From: Candidatus Poriferihabitaceae bacterium
GTDB taxonomy: Bacteria; Pseudomonadota; Gammaproteobacteria; Arenicellales; Poriferihabitantaceae
Direction of reading: 5' to 3'
DNA: 64,000 bases
NCBI GenBank assembly: GCA_965214205.1
Contig: OZ243941.1
Coordinates: 2,225,419 to 2,289,418 of the forward strand
Shown piece by piece: positions 38,116 to 49,202 of this stretch; the first letter of the stretch is position 1; each line of letters begins with the position of its first letter. A model generated the notes under the pieces. It searched no databases, had not been told where the DNA came from, and worked only from the letters and a program-made list of their open reading frames with translations. Both the position numbers and the translations under genes were made by a program.

Positions 38116-39147
38116 ATGAAGGCTTCATATTATAATTGTGACAAGACGTTTACTTTAGGCGCATGCAAACCAATCAGTCCCAATCCCGGAGAAGTTCGAA
38201 TCCGGGTAGCCTATTGCGGACTTTGCGGTACTGACTTGCATGTTTATCACGGCAACATGGATGCGCGAGTGGGGTGCGAGAGGATAATCGGACATGAAAT
38301 GTCCGGCATTGTCGATGCGGTCGGGTTGGATATATCCGATATTTCTGTTGGCGACAAGGTTGTAGTGCGGCCATTGGATCACTGTGGTGATTGTCCAGCT
38401 TGTAAAAATGGAAACAGCCACATTTGTCACAATCTGAAGTTTCTCGGACTGGATACCGATGGCGCCTTGCAGCAAAGCTGGACAGTACCCAGGCATACTG
38501 TTCACGTAGTGCCTAAGGAAACTTCTCTCAAACACGCGGCTTTGGTCGAACCGGCTGCCGTGGCCTGCCATGACGTCAATCGGAGCCGATTGGTCGAGGG
38601 TGAGGATGTTCTGATAATCGGCGGCGGCCCGATTGGAATTCTGATTGCAATGGTTGCAAGGCAAAAAGGCGGCAAAATCACAATTTCCGAGGTCAACGAA
38701 CAACGGCTTGCGATAGCCGGAAGACTCGGGTTCAATGCCGTCAACCCGAATAATGTGGATGTTGGCAAATATATGTATGAAACCACCGGCCAGAAAGGCG
38801 CTGACGTCATATTTGAGGTATCGGGAAGCAGTGCAGGCGTGGAATGTATGACATCGGCTGCCGCCGCACGCGCTCGCATTGTTATGGTTGCGATCCACCC
38901 GGTGAAGCCGCCGATTGATCTGTTTCAGTTTTTTTGGCGGGAAATCGAACTTCTGGGCGCGCGCGTTTATACGCCCGATGATTTTGATGCAGCCATTGAG
39001 TTGATTGCATCCGGACAGATCGACTGCGAAGCAATCATCACCAACATTCAACAGCTCGACAAGGTTGGAGAGACGCTGGCGGACCTGAGCATAAACCCGA
39101 AAGCGCTGAAAAGCCTGGTTCAAGTGGGAAGCGAGGCGCCGGCATGA
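38116..39147 (+). CDS. Zinc-dependent medium-chain alcohol/polyol dehydrogenase
   Basis: Motifs are CGLCGTDLHVYHG and GHEMSGIV, the structural-zinc site CGDCPACKNGNSHIC, and the Rossmann motif IIGGGPIG. Confidence 0.85.
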   Translation: MKASYYNCDKTFTLGACKPISPNPGEVRIRVAYCGLCGTDLHVYHGNMDARVGCERIIGHEMSGIVDAVGLDISDISVGDKVVVRPLDHCGDCPACKNGNSHICHNLKFLGLDTDGALQQSWTVPRHTVHVVPKETSLKHAALVEPAAVACHDVNRSRLVEGEDVLIIGGGPIGILIAMVARQKGGKITISEVNEQRLAIAGRLGFNAVNPNNVDVGKYMYETTGQKGADVIFEVSGSSAGVECMTSAAAARARIVMVAIHPVKPPIDLFQFFWREIELLGARVYTPDDFDAAIELIASGQIDCEAIITNIQQLDKVGETLADLSINPKALKSLVQVGSEAPA

Positions 39148-39914
39148 GTGTTCTGGAGCATTTTTCATTAGCCGGGAAAACAGCGTTAGTCACAGGGTGT
39201 AAACGAGGTATCGGCAAGGCCATGGCGTGTGCCCTTGCAGAAGCGGGGGCGGACATTATCGGAGTCAGCGCGACATTGGAGAAAAACGGCAGTGAAGTCT
39301 CGCGGGCCGTATCGTCTCTCGGTCGCAGCTTTACGGGGTATGCCTGTGATTTCAGTGACCGGACTGCGCTGCATGGCTTCCTCCTGGAACTACACGAAAA
39401 CCATTCGACCATTGATATTCTCGTGAATAATGCTGGCACGATCATGCGAGCGCCTGCGGTTGAACACTCTGATGAATACTGGGATACAGTAATTGAAGTA
39501 AACCTGAATGCCCAGTTCATTTTGTCCCGATCTATTGGTAAAAGAATGGTGGACCGAGGGTCCGGAAAAATAATATTCACGGCTTCCCTGCTTACCTTTC
39601 AAGGCGGAATTACTGTCCCCGGATACGCGGCCAGCAAGGGAGCTATCGGGCAGTTGACCAAAGCGCTCGCGAACGAATGGGCGGGAAAAGGCGTGAACGT
39701 AAATGCGATTGCGCCGGGCTACATAAAAACTGACAATACACAGGCGCTCCAGGATGATCCAGTCAGGAATCGGTCCATCCTGGAACGAATCCCCGCTTCC
39801 AGATGGGGCGAACCGGAAGACTTTGCCGGACCCGTTGTTTTTCTGGCATCATCCGCCTCAAACTACATGCACGGTTCGATAATTACAGTTGACGGCGGAT
39901 GGATGAGTCGTTAG
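39144..39914 (+). CDS. kduD: SDR oxidoreductase, KduD-like (2-dehydro-3-deoxy-D-gluconate 5-dehydrogenase family)
   Basis: 256 aa with TGCKRGIGKA, NNAG, YAASKGA and IAPGYIKTDNT. Resemblance to E. coli KduD (from memory) extends to the very end, VDGGWMSR. Confidence 0.7.
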   Translation: MSVLEHFSLAGKTALVTGCKRGIGKAMACALAEAGADIIGVSATLEKNGSEVSRAVSSLGRSFTGYACDFSDRTALHGFLLELHENHSTIDILVNNAGTIMRAPAVEHSDEYWDTVIEVNLNAQFILSRSIGKRMVDRGSGKIIFTASLLTFQGGITVPGYAASKGAIGQLTKALANEWAGKGVNVNAIAPGYIKTDNTQALQDDPVRNRSILERIPASRWGEPEDFAGPVVFLASSASNYMHGSIITVDGGWMSR

Positions 39915-39972
39915 TGAGGGCTGCTGGCGCTAAATCGTTGATGGTAACCGTGTGTCGATAGAATAATTTCGA

Positions 39973-40626
39973 GTGAATTCTGTGATTGATATTGAATCCG
40001 TTCGGTCGCACCCACTGATCCCTGTAATCGAGATCGACAACGCAAAATTCGCACAGCCGCTGGCTGAAGCTGTTTTGAAAGGCGGTATTTCCATTATCGA
40101 GATCGTACTGCGAACTCGCGAAGCCCCGCAAGCAATAGAAATAATTCGTAAGAGTTACCCGGACTGCCTGGTCGGAGCGGGGACTGTGGTCACTCTGGGG
40201 GAAGCGGCAATGGCGTTAAATGCAGGCGCTCAATTTTGTGTCAGCCCGGGAATGGATACGAACATTGCGGATTACTTTCGAGACTGTAATGTTCCTTTTA
40301 TTCCCGGAGTTATCACCCCATCGGAAATACAGACTGCCATGAATCACCACTGCAAACTGTTGAAGTTTTTTCCGGCGAGCGCTGCTGGCGGAGCGCAATT
40401 TCTCAGGGCGATTACCACTCCATTTGCCAGATTCGATGTGCAGTTTTGTGCAACAGGTGGCGTGACACCGGAGAATATGAATCAATACCTCGAAATACCG
40501 GATGTTTGTTCGGTCGGAGGTACATGGTTCGCATCCGCAGAACAAATCAGGAATCAGGACTGGAAAGCTATAACCCGGCAGGTTTCTCTGGCTCGAGCTC
40601 GTCTTGCACAGAAACCGGAGCGTTAG
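39973..40626 (+). CDS. eda: 2-dehydro-3-deoxyphosphogluconate / 4-hydroxy-2-oxoglutarate aldolase
   Basis: 217 aa with IPVIEID, IEIVLRT, LLKFFPASAAGG and CATGGV, which are typical of Eda. It has a GTG start. Confidence 0.8.
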   Translation: MNSVIDIESVRSHPLIPVIEIDNAKFAQPLAEAVLKGGISIIEIVLRTREAPQAIEIIRKSYPDCLVGAGTVVTLGEAAMALNAGAQFCVSPGMDTNIADYFRDCNVPFIPGVITPSEIQTAMNHHCKLLKFFPASAAGGAQFLRAITTPFARFDVQFCATGGVTPENMNQYLEIPDVCSVGGTWFASAEQIRNQDWKAITRQVSLARARLAQKPER

Positions 40627-40629
40627 ACG

Positions 40630-41544
40630 ATGGCGGATATAGTTTGTTTGGGCGAACCGCTCATTGAGTTCAATCAAAAGGAACAAGGTGAAATCGTCAA
40701 GGGTTTCGGTGGGGACACTTCAAACTGTGCGATTTCAGCGGCCCGCCAAGGCGCAAATGTCGCTTATATCTCCCGTATCGGAAGTGACCGATTCGGAGAC
40801 GACCTGATTGCGTTATGGGAAGAAGAAGGAATCGACACATCGCAAATCACTCGGGATTCGACCGCTCCTACAGGAATATATTTTGTTTCGCATGATGAAC
40901 AGGGGCATCACTTCTCATATTACCGAAAACACTCAGCCGCAACAAAAATCAAACCACAGCATTTGTCACCCTCATATATCGCAGACGCGCAAATTCTCCA
41001 CGTTTCAGCCATAAGCCAGGCGATCAGTTCATCCGCGGCGGACTCGGTATTTGCCGCAATCGAGATCGCAAACAACAATGGGACCAGACTTTCGTATGAT
41101 ACAAACCTGAGGTTGAACCTGTGGCCCGAGGAAAGAGCGCGGGCAATCGTACATGAAGCGATGAAACACTGTTATATTGCCCTGCCAAGCATTGAGGACG
41201 CGAAAGTTTTGTCAAAATTAGCCGACCCTGACCGGATTGTCGATTTTTATCACGATCTGGGCGCTGAAATAGTGGTTCTGAAACTGGATCGCGAAGGCGC
41301 TATTGTCTCTACCGATTCGAAACGAAAAAAAGTCGCTGGCATCCGGGTAAACAGTATCGACGCAAATGGCGCGGGGGATACTTTTGCGGGAGCCATACTG
41401 GCTGAACTGGTCAGAGGCCAGGACCCCTTTGAGGCGACTGCATACGCGAACATTGCAGCGGCGTTATCGACCTGCTCGGATGGCGCGGTAAATGCAATAC
41501 CCAATCGCTCACAAACTGAAGCATTTTTCAGTTCCGGCAAATAG
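40630..41544 (+). CDS. kdgK: 2-dehydro-3-deoxygluconokinase (PfkB family)
   Basis: 304 aa with PfkB motifs GGDTSNCAI, DTNLRLNLW and DANGAGDTFAGA. Confidence 0.8.
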   Translation: MADIVCLGEPLIEFNQKEQGEIVKGFGGDTSNCAISAARQGANVAYISRIGSDRFGDDLIALWEEEGIDTSQITRDSTAPTGIYFVSHDEQGHHFSYYRKHSAATKIKPQHLSPSYIADAQILHVSAISQAISSSAADSVFAAIEIANNNGTRLSYDTNLRLNLWPEERARAIVHEAMKHCYIALPSIEDAKVLSKLADPDRIVDFYHDLGAEIVVLKLDREGAIVSTDSKRKKVAGIRVNSIDANGAGDTFAGAILAELVRGQDPFEATAYANIAAALSTCSDGAVNAIPNRSQTEAFFSSGK

Positions 41545-41578
41545 ATATCTACTTCTGCGGTCAACGAACGCCGCCATA

Positions 41579-42589
41579 ATGAACAACAACGACCACCATC
41601 GCTATTCGAACTTGATCGAAGAGCTTGGTTTGGGACGCAGGGAGGATATCCGGACCATTGACCCTTTGTCCGGCGGTGTCTCTTCCAACATCGTCAGGGT
41701 AACCGTGGGAGGCCAGACATTTTGCCTGAAGTGCGCCCTCGAAAAATTGAGAGTTGAACAGGAATGGCGAGCGCCGGTCCATCGAAACGCGGCGGAATAT
41801 GCTTGGCTGGAAGTGGCGTCCCGGGTAAATCCGACGGGCTCGGTAAAATTACTCGGGAAGTCGAATGAAGAGCCCTGCTATGCCATGGAGTACATGGGAG
41901 GGAGCGGTATCTACCTGTGGAAAACTCGCTTGCTGGCAGGGATGGTTTCAACTACTGAAGCGCAGAGAGTTGGCGAATCCATAGGCCGGATCCATTCAGC
42001 ATCGACCCGCAAAGAGTTTTCGACCCTCGCATTTGAAAACCGCGATGATTTTCACCAAATTCGCCTGGACCCCTACCTGATTTTCACTGCATCCAGGCAC
42101 CCTCAACTTGCGGATGTCCTGCTCCGGATGGCAGAGCGGCTCTATGAAGCAGACTCGGTATTGATTCACGGAGATGTCAGCCCCAAGAACATCCTGTTTC
42201 GCGGCGGCCATCCTGTTATATTGGATGCGGAATGCGCCACCATGGGCGACCCCTGCTTCGATTTGGCGTTTTGCCTGAACCACCTGATATTGAAGGCAAT
42301 TCACCTCCCGGCAATTCGCCGGAAACTATTCGAAAGCGCGGTACTACTGTGGGACGCATACGCCTCCGGGGTTGACTGGGAGGACGCGGATCAACTTCAG
42401 ATGAGGGTTTGCGATCTTCTACCCATACTGATGCTGGCCCGGATCGATGGCAAATCACCTGTTGAGTATCTGAATAAAAATAACCGCGAACAGGTACGAA
42501 ATATTTCAATTCAAATGATCAAAAAAAGATCAACCGATCTGCGAAGTCTGTTTGGTTGTATTTCATCAGAACTGGAGAGAATCCCCTGA
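41579..42589 (+). CDS. Phosphotransferase-family kinase resembling methylthioribose kinase (MtnK/APH fold). Substrate unknown.
   Basis: 336 aa from the ATG at 41579. Motifs are LSGGVSSNIVRV, CLKCALEKLRVEQEW and the catalytic-loop LIHGDVSPKNILF, followed by ILDAECATMGDPCFDLAF. Confidence 0.65.
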   Translation: MNNNDHHRYSNLIEELGLGRREDIRTIDPLSGGVSSNIVRVTVGGQTFCLKCALEKLRVEQEWRAPVHRNAAEYAWLEVASRVNPTGSVKLLGKSNEEPCYAMEYMGGSGIYLWKTRLLAGMVSTTEAQRVGESIGRIHSASTRKEFSTLAFENRDDFHQIRLDPYLIFTASRHPQLADVLLRMAERLYEADSVLIHGDVSPKNILFRGGHPVILDAECATMGDPCFDLAFCLNHLILKAIHLPAIRRKLFESAVLLWDAYASGVDWEDADQLQMRVCDLLPILMLARIDGKSPVEYLNKNNREQVRNISIQMIKKRSTDLRSLFGCISSELERIP

Positions 42590-43902
42590 TGACCGCAATT
42601 ACAAACATTGTCAGCAGGAGAGTTTGGGATTCGAGGGGAAATCCAACAGTCGAAGTGGATGTCATACTGGAAGACGGAGTTGCAGGCCGCGCAATTGCGC
42701 CGGCAGGAGCATCGAGAGGCGCTCGGGAAGCGATTGACCTGAGAGATGGCGGTCAATCGCTGCGGGGGATGAATGTGCAACGGGCCTTGAAGTCCGTAAA
42801 TGAACGCATCGCCCCTGCGCTGACCGGCTTGGACGTCGAAGATCAGGCTGGCATCGACAAAGCCATGTTGGACCTGGACCAGACGCCGATGAAATCCGTA
42901 TTGGGTGGTAACGCTACAATAGCCGTATCTCTTGCCGCCGTTCACGCCGCGGCAAAATCCTCAAACACTCCCCTTTGGCGGCACATAGCGGATGTATTCG
43001 GATATAAGCCCCTGATCCCTTTGCCGGAAATTCAGATTTTCGGAGGTGGAGCGCATGCCGCCCAACGGGTTGATATCCAGGACTTCATGGTGATGGTTCC
43101 CGGCGCATCCAGTTTCGAAGAGGTCATGGAAATCACCAGCGAAATCTATTTTGCCGCAGGCGATATTATGAAAAGGCGCGGTCTGTTGGCAGGTGTTGCG
43201 GATGAAGGAGGATGGTGGCCGGAATTTCGAGGGAACGAAGAGGCGCTGGAGACACTGGTTCAGGCCATCGAAATCGCGGGAGAGAAACCGGGAGACCGCG
43301 TTGTTATCTCACTGGATGTTGCCGCCTCTGAGTTTAAGGATGGAGACAGGTATCGACTGGCGCTGGATGACCGGGAACTGGATAGCCCGGCGCTCATCGA
43401 AATGCTTGGGAAGTGGCTGGATGATTATCCGATCGCTTCAATTGAAGACCCGCTCGCGGAAGATGATGTCGAGGGTATGGTTGAATTCACTCAACGTTTT
43501 GGTGACCATGTGCTAATCATAGGCGATGACTATGTGGTCACCAACGCAGGTTTAATTGAGCGGGCATCCCGGGACGGCGCCTGCAACACGGCATTACTCA
43601 AAGTCAATCAGGCGGGAACGCTGACAGAGACAGTAGCCGCTTATGAGGCTGCCAATTCGGCAGGCTGGAAATCAGTCGTTTCCTCCAGATCAGGAGAAAC
43701 GGAAGATGTCACTATAAGCCATTTGGCGACAGGGTTGGGCAACGGCCAACTCAAAGTGGGTTCCTTTACCCGGTCAGAGCGCATGGCCAAGTGGAATGAA
43801 TGCCTGCGCATACAGGAAACGCTGGGCGTCACCGCTTTTGCCGGAGGCGCTGCCCTGGATGGAACCTGGTGGCAAAAGAATCAAGGCCGGAAGAAAGTCT
43901 GA
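42589..43902 (+). CDS. Enolase-family protein (phosphopyruvate-hydratase paralogue with substitutions at two catalytic positions)
   Basis: 437 aa with SRGNPTVEVDV, ADEGGW, LDVAASEF, SIEDPLAEDD, IGDDYVVTN, LLKVNQAGTLTET and SRSGETED. Its start ATG overlaps the kinase stop (TGATG), and GGAGAGA lies upstream. Confidence 0.85.
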   Translation: MTAITNIVSRRVWDSRGNPTVEVDVILEDGVAGRAIAPAGASRGAREAIDLRDGGQSLRGMNVQRALKSVNERIAPALTGLDVEDQAGIDKAMLDLDQTPMKSVLGGNATIAVSLAAVHAAAKSSNTPLWRHIADVFGYKPLIPLPEIQIFGGGAHAAQRVDIQDFMVMVPGASSFEEVMEITSEIYFAAGDIMKRRGLLAGVADEGGWWPEFRGNEEALETLVQAIEIAGEKPGDRVVISLDVAASEFKDGDRYRLALDDRELDSPALIEMLGKWLDDYPIASIEDPLAEDDVEGMVEFTQRFGDHVLIIGDDYVVTNAGLIERASRDGACNTALLKVNQAGTLTETVAAYEAANSAGWKSVVSSRSGETEDVTISHLATGLGNGQLKVGSFTRSERMAKWNECLRIQETLGVTAFAGGAALDGTWWQKNQGRKKV

Positions 43903-43936
43903 GGATGGTCAAATTGGCTCGAATAAGGTCCCGGAC

Positions 43937-45112
43937 TTGACATACACAACAGAGAAATTCCTGTCACACGGCTTCCGGCCTTTCTTCCTGTTGGCCGGGC
44001 TGTGGGCGCTGATCGGCATGGCGCTCTGGTTGACGATGTTGCGGGGGCATATCATTCTGCCGAGCGCGTTCGACCCGGTGTCGTGGCATGCGCATGAAAC
44101 ACTGTTCGGCTATCTGGGAGCGGCGCTCGCCGGATTCCTGTTGACTGCCGCGCCCAACTGGACAGGACGCCCACCGCTTTCCGGGTGGCCTTTGCTGGGG
44201 CTGGTCACACTCTGGCTGTTCGGCCGGGTTGCTATTGCCGTGTCGGACCAGATGTCGCCCTTGACAGTCGCCGCGCTTGACCTCTCCTGCCATATCGTTC
44301 TGGTCGGCTACATGTTGCGCGAAATCGTCGCGACCAGCAACTGGCGGAACCTCGCGGTCATCGCGGTCATCGCCATATTTATCATCGGCAACGGGCTGTT
44401 CCATTGGCAAGCCGCCCACGGCGGCTATGCGGCGTCGGGTTATGGGTTGCGCCTTGGCCTCGCCGCTGCAATCATGATGATCTCGCTTATTGGCGGGCGC
44501 ATCGTACCCTTGTTTACCCGCAACTGGCTGGCGGCGCAAGGCCGCGAGACCCTGCCCGCAAAATTCGGACGACTCGACCAGCTTGCCCTCGCCCTTACCC
44601 TGCTCGCCCTGCTTGCCTGGGTTGCCCTCCCCGTTGCGGCGGCAACAGGAGGGCTCCTGCTCGCCTCGGGCCTTGTACAAAGCGGGCGACTCTTGCGCTG
44701 GCGTGGCCAGGACACGCACCGTGAACCCTTACTCTGGATTCTGCACCTGGGATACGCCTTTGTGCCGCTCGGAATGCTGGCGCTGGCGGCGGCAATCCTG
44801 TTGCCCGGTACAATCCCGTCCGCGTCTGCCCAGCATATCTGGATGGCCGGCGCCATCGGCGTCATGACCCTCGCTGTGATGACCCGCGCAACGCTGGGAC
44901 ACACCGGGCAGAAGTTGACGGCAGGCGCAGGAACCGTAGTAGTCTACCTGCTGGTCATCGCCTCGGCGCTGATCCGGCTTGCGGGAGACGCGCTGCCGGA
45001 ATGGAAGATGCTACTCTGGACTCTATCAGCCATCCTCTGGTGCTGCGGATTCGCCGGGTTCGCGCTGCTCTACGGACGCCTGCTGGTTGCCCCGGCCCAG
45101 CGGAACTCTTGA
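43937..45112 (+). CDS. nnrS: NnrS-family membrane protein
   Basis: The N-terminal LSHGFRPFFLLAGLWA and a multi-TM His-containing body are typical of NnrS. The start is uncertain. The TTG at 43937 gives 391 aa (family-typical), while the ATGs at 43796 and 43859 would overlap the enolase gene. Confidence 0.75.
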   Translation: MTYTTEKFLSHGFRPFFLLAGLWALIGMALWLTMLRGHIILPSAFDPVSWHAHETLFGYLGAALAGFLLTAAPNWTGRPPLSGWPLLGLVTLWLFGRVAIAVSDQMSPLTVAALDLSCHIVLVGYMLREIVATSNWRNLAVIAVIAIFIIGNGLFHWQAAHGGYAASGYGLRLGLAAAIMMISLIGGRIVPLFTRNWLAAQGRETLPAKFGRLDQLALALTLLALLAWVALPVAAATGGLLLASGLVQSGRLLRWRGQDTHREPLLWILHLGYAFVPLGMLALAAAILLPGTIPSASAQHIWMAGAIGVMTLAVMTRATLGHTGQKLTAGAGTVVVYLLVIASALIRLAGDALPEWKMLLWTLSAILWCCGFAGFALLYGRLLVAPAQRNS

Positions 45113-45116
45113 AATA

Positions 45117-45193
45117 TGGTGGGCCCGGTAGGACTTGAACCTACGACCAATGGATTATGAGTCCACTGCTCTAACCAACTGAGCTACAGGCCC
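45117..45193 (-). tRNA. tRNA with anticodon CAU, most likely tRNA-Ile2 (lysidine) rather than elongator tRNA-Met
   Basis: The reverse complement folds as a cloverleaf. The acceptor stem is GGGCCTG/CGGGCCC, the D arm GCTC/GAGC and the anticodon stem GTGGA/TCCAT with loop CTCATAA. The T arm is GTAGG/CCTAC with loop TTCAAGT, and CCA is encoded. Confidence 0.9.
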
Positions 45194-45255
45194 GTATCGA
45201 TAGGGATATGTTTCCGGTCAGGAATACCGGGATGTCTGTCGGCTGCCGATGGCCG

Positions 45256-47211
<1,956 letters not shown>

Positions 47212-47313
47212 TAGGCTCTGAAAGTTCAAAAAAAGCAACCGCATATTATACCCTGAAACCAGGGGAAAAGCAATCGAAATTCAGGCCTGTCCTCTTAAAG
47301 TACAGCACGATCA

Positions 47314-49095
47314 TCAACCCCGCGGACTCCGGACTCTTGTTTTCAGCAGTTCATTCAGTTCTTTCGATTCTTCCGGGGTCAGCTCCGATTGCCGCGCCTT
47401 TTCCAGCAATTTCCGTCTGTGCAAATCGTAATGCTCTTCGAGCAGATGGCTCAGGGTATCCCTGAATTGCTTCTCCAGCACATTCTCGTCAATCAGGTTG
47501 GAACGCATCGCCAGTTTCCCCAGATAACCATGCGCCGGCGTCTCCCGGAAAGACTCCAGCAACCCGGCGGTAGTCAGGTCGGGCTGGTTCCTGGACCGTT
47601 CAATGATTTCTGTCAGGACATCCGCTCCGGGGATTTGCAGTTGCTTCAACTCGCCCGGATTGTCCACTGATTGCGTCAGTCCGGGATTTTGCAGGAGCAG
47701 GCTGACGGCGAGCGCCAGCGGGGATATCTGACCATCCTGGACCTGCCCGGCTTGCGGGCGCCCCCTCAATCCCGGCGACGCCCCGCCGGTCGATGCGGCT
47801 ATTTCCGCGAACCGGCTTTCGGGCAGCCCGGTCAATGACGCGAGCTCTGAATTCATCATATCCCTGAATACCCCGTCCGGCAACTGTTCAATCAATGGCA
47901 ACGCCTGGTTGACCAGAGACGCCTTGCCGTCCGCCCGGTTCATGTCCACCCGGGAGGTCAGGGTATTGAACAGAAAATCAGGTAACGACAGCGCGTTGTC
48001 CACCCTTTCAATGAACGCCTCGGCGCCTTCGGCGCGCACCATGGTATCCGGGTCCTGGCCTTCGGGCAGAAACAGGAATCCGGCCTGGCGGCCATCCCGC
48101 ATTTCAGGAAGCGAAACCTCCATCGCCTTCCAGGCCGCGTCCCGGCCCGCGCGGTCGCCGTCAAAACAAAATACGATTTCCGGCGCCAAGCGGAACAGGC
48201 GTTGCAGGTGGGTTCGAGTGGTCGCGGTTCCAAGAGTCGCTACCGCGTTGTTCACCCCGAACTGGGCCAGACTGACCACATCCATATAGCCCTCCACCAC
48301 AATGCTTTTGTTCCGGATACCGGTCTCCCGGCGGGCGCGATGCAGTCCGTAGAGTTCCGCGCCCTTGTGAAATAACGGGGTTTCCGGGGAGTTCAGGTAT
48401 TTGGGGTTGCCGTCACCCAGCGCCCGGCCGCCAAAGCCGGCGACCCGGCCTCTGTGATCTTCAATCGGGAACATGACGCGCCCCCGAAATCGGTCGTAGT
48501 ACCGGGCCTTTTCATCGCCTTCCTTCTGTTTGATCAGTCCTGCCTTAAGTAATTGCTCCCGTAACCGGGCGCTGGCGCCGAGAGCGTCGGTCAGACCGCT
48601 CCAACTGTCCGGGGCATACCCGATCCCGAAGTCCGCGGCCACCTTGCCGTCCAGCCCCCTGGATTTCAGGTAGTCAATAGCCCGCTTGGCTTCGGGATGG
48701 TTTCGCAACTGTTTTTGAAACCAGCGATTCGCCTGTTCGATCACTTCCCGTCGCTGGTCCTGACTTTCCCTGTCGGGGGATGGCCTCGCAAAGCCTCTGT
48801 CCGGCAGTTCCATTCCGACTCCGTTGGCCAGGTCTTCGACCGCTTCCACAAACCCCAGGTTGGCATAGTCCATCAGAAATCCGATCACGGTGCCGTGTGC
48901 GCCGCAACCGAAACAATGATAGAACTGTTTAACGGGGCTGACCGTAAACGACGGGGTTTTCTCTTCATGAAAAGGGCAGCAGGCGATATATTCCCGGCCT
49001 TTGCGAGTCAGGGGCACCCGCCGGTCAATCACGTCAACAATATCTGCCCGGGCAATCAGGTCATCTATGAAGGATTTAGGAATATTGCCTGCCAT
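47314..49095 (-). CDS. dnaG: DNA primase
   Basis: 593 aa with the zinc ribbon CCPFHEEKTPSFTVSPVKQFYHCFGCGAHG, a TOPRIM region (VVEGYMDV, FDGDRAGR) and a C-terminal helicase-interaction domain. Confidence 0.95.
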   Translation of the reverse strand: MAGNIPKSFIDDLIARADIVDVIDRRVPLTRKGREYIACCPFHEEKTPSFTVSPVKQFYHCFGCGAHGTVIGFLMDYANLGFVEAVEDLANGVGMELPDRGFARPSPDRESQDQRREVIEQANRWFQKQLRNHPEAKRAIDYLKSRGLDGKVAADFGIGYAPDSWSGLTDALGASARLREQLLKAGLIKQKEGDEKARYYDRFRGRVMFPIEDHRGRVAGFGGRALGDGNPKYLNSPETPLFHKGAELYGLHRARRETGIRNKSIVVEGYMDVVSLAQFGVNNAVATLGTATTRTHLQRLFRLAPEIVFCFDGDRAGRDAAWKAMEVSLPEMRDGRQAGFLFLPEGQDPDTMVRAEGAEAFIERVDNALSLPDFLFNTLTSRVDMNRADGKASLVNQALPLIEQLPDGVFRDMMNSELASLTGLPESRFAEIAASTGGASPGLRGRPQAGQVQDGQISPLALAVSLLLQNPGLTQSVDNPGELKQLQIPGADVLTEIIERSRNQPDLTTAGLLESFRETPAHGYLGKLAMRSNLIDENVLEKQFRDTLSHLLEEHYDLHRRKLLEKARQSELTPEESKELNELLKTRVRSPRG

Positions 49096-49202
49096 ATCCT
49101 GAATTGTACTGTATACCGGAGAGCCGCTCGCCAGGATTATGTACGCATACCGGGTTAATCGGTTAGAATTCGTGCCCTTGAACAGTTCGAACCCGCTTCC
49201 TT

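Noticed and set aside
43903-45193. tRNA-targeted integrative island using the tRNA(CAU) 3' end as attachment site
   Set aside because: There is no integrase gene. By eye there is no copy of the tRNA 3' end at any candidate left boundary (28.4, 30.9, 31.6 or 33.0 kb). GC-rich nnrS separates the tRNA from the lower-GC block.
49096-49202. Absence of rpsU upstream of dnaG (the classical rpsU-dnaG-rpoD operon)
   Set aside because: The 107-bp spacer cannot hold rpsU, but the gene may simply be elsewhere in the genome. This is not informative without the full genome.
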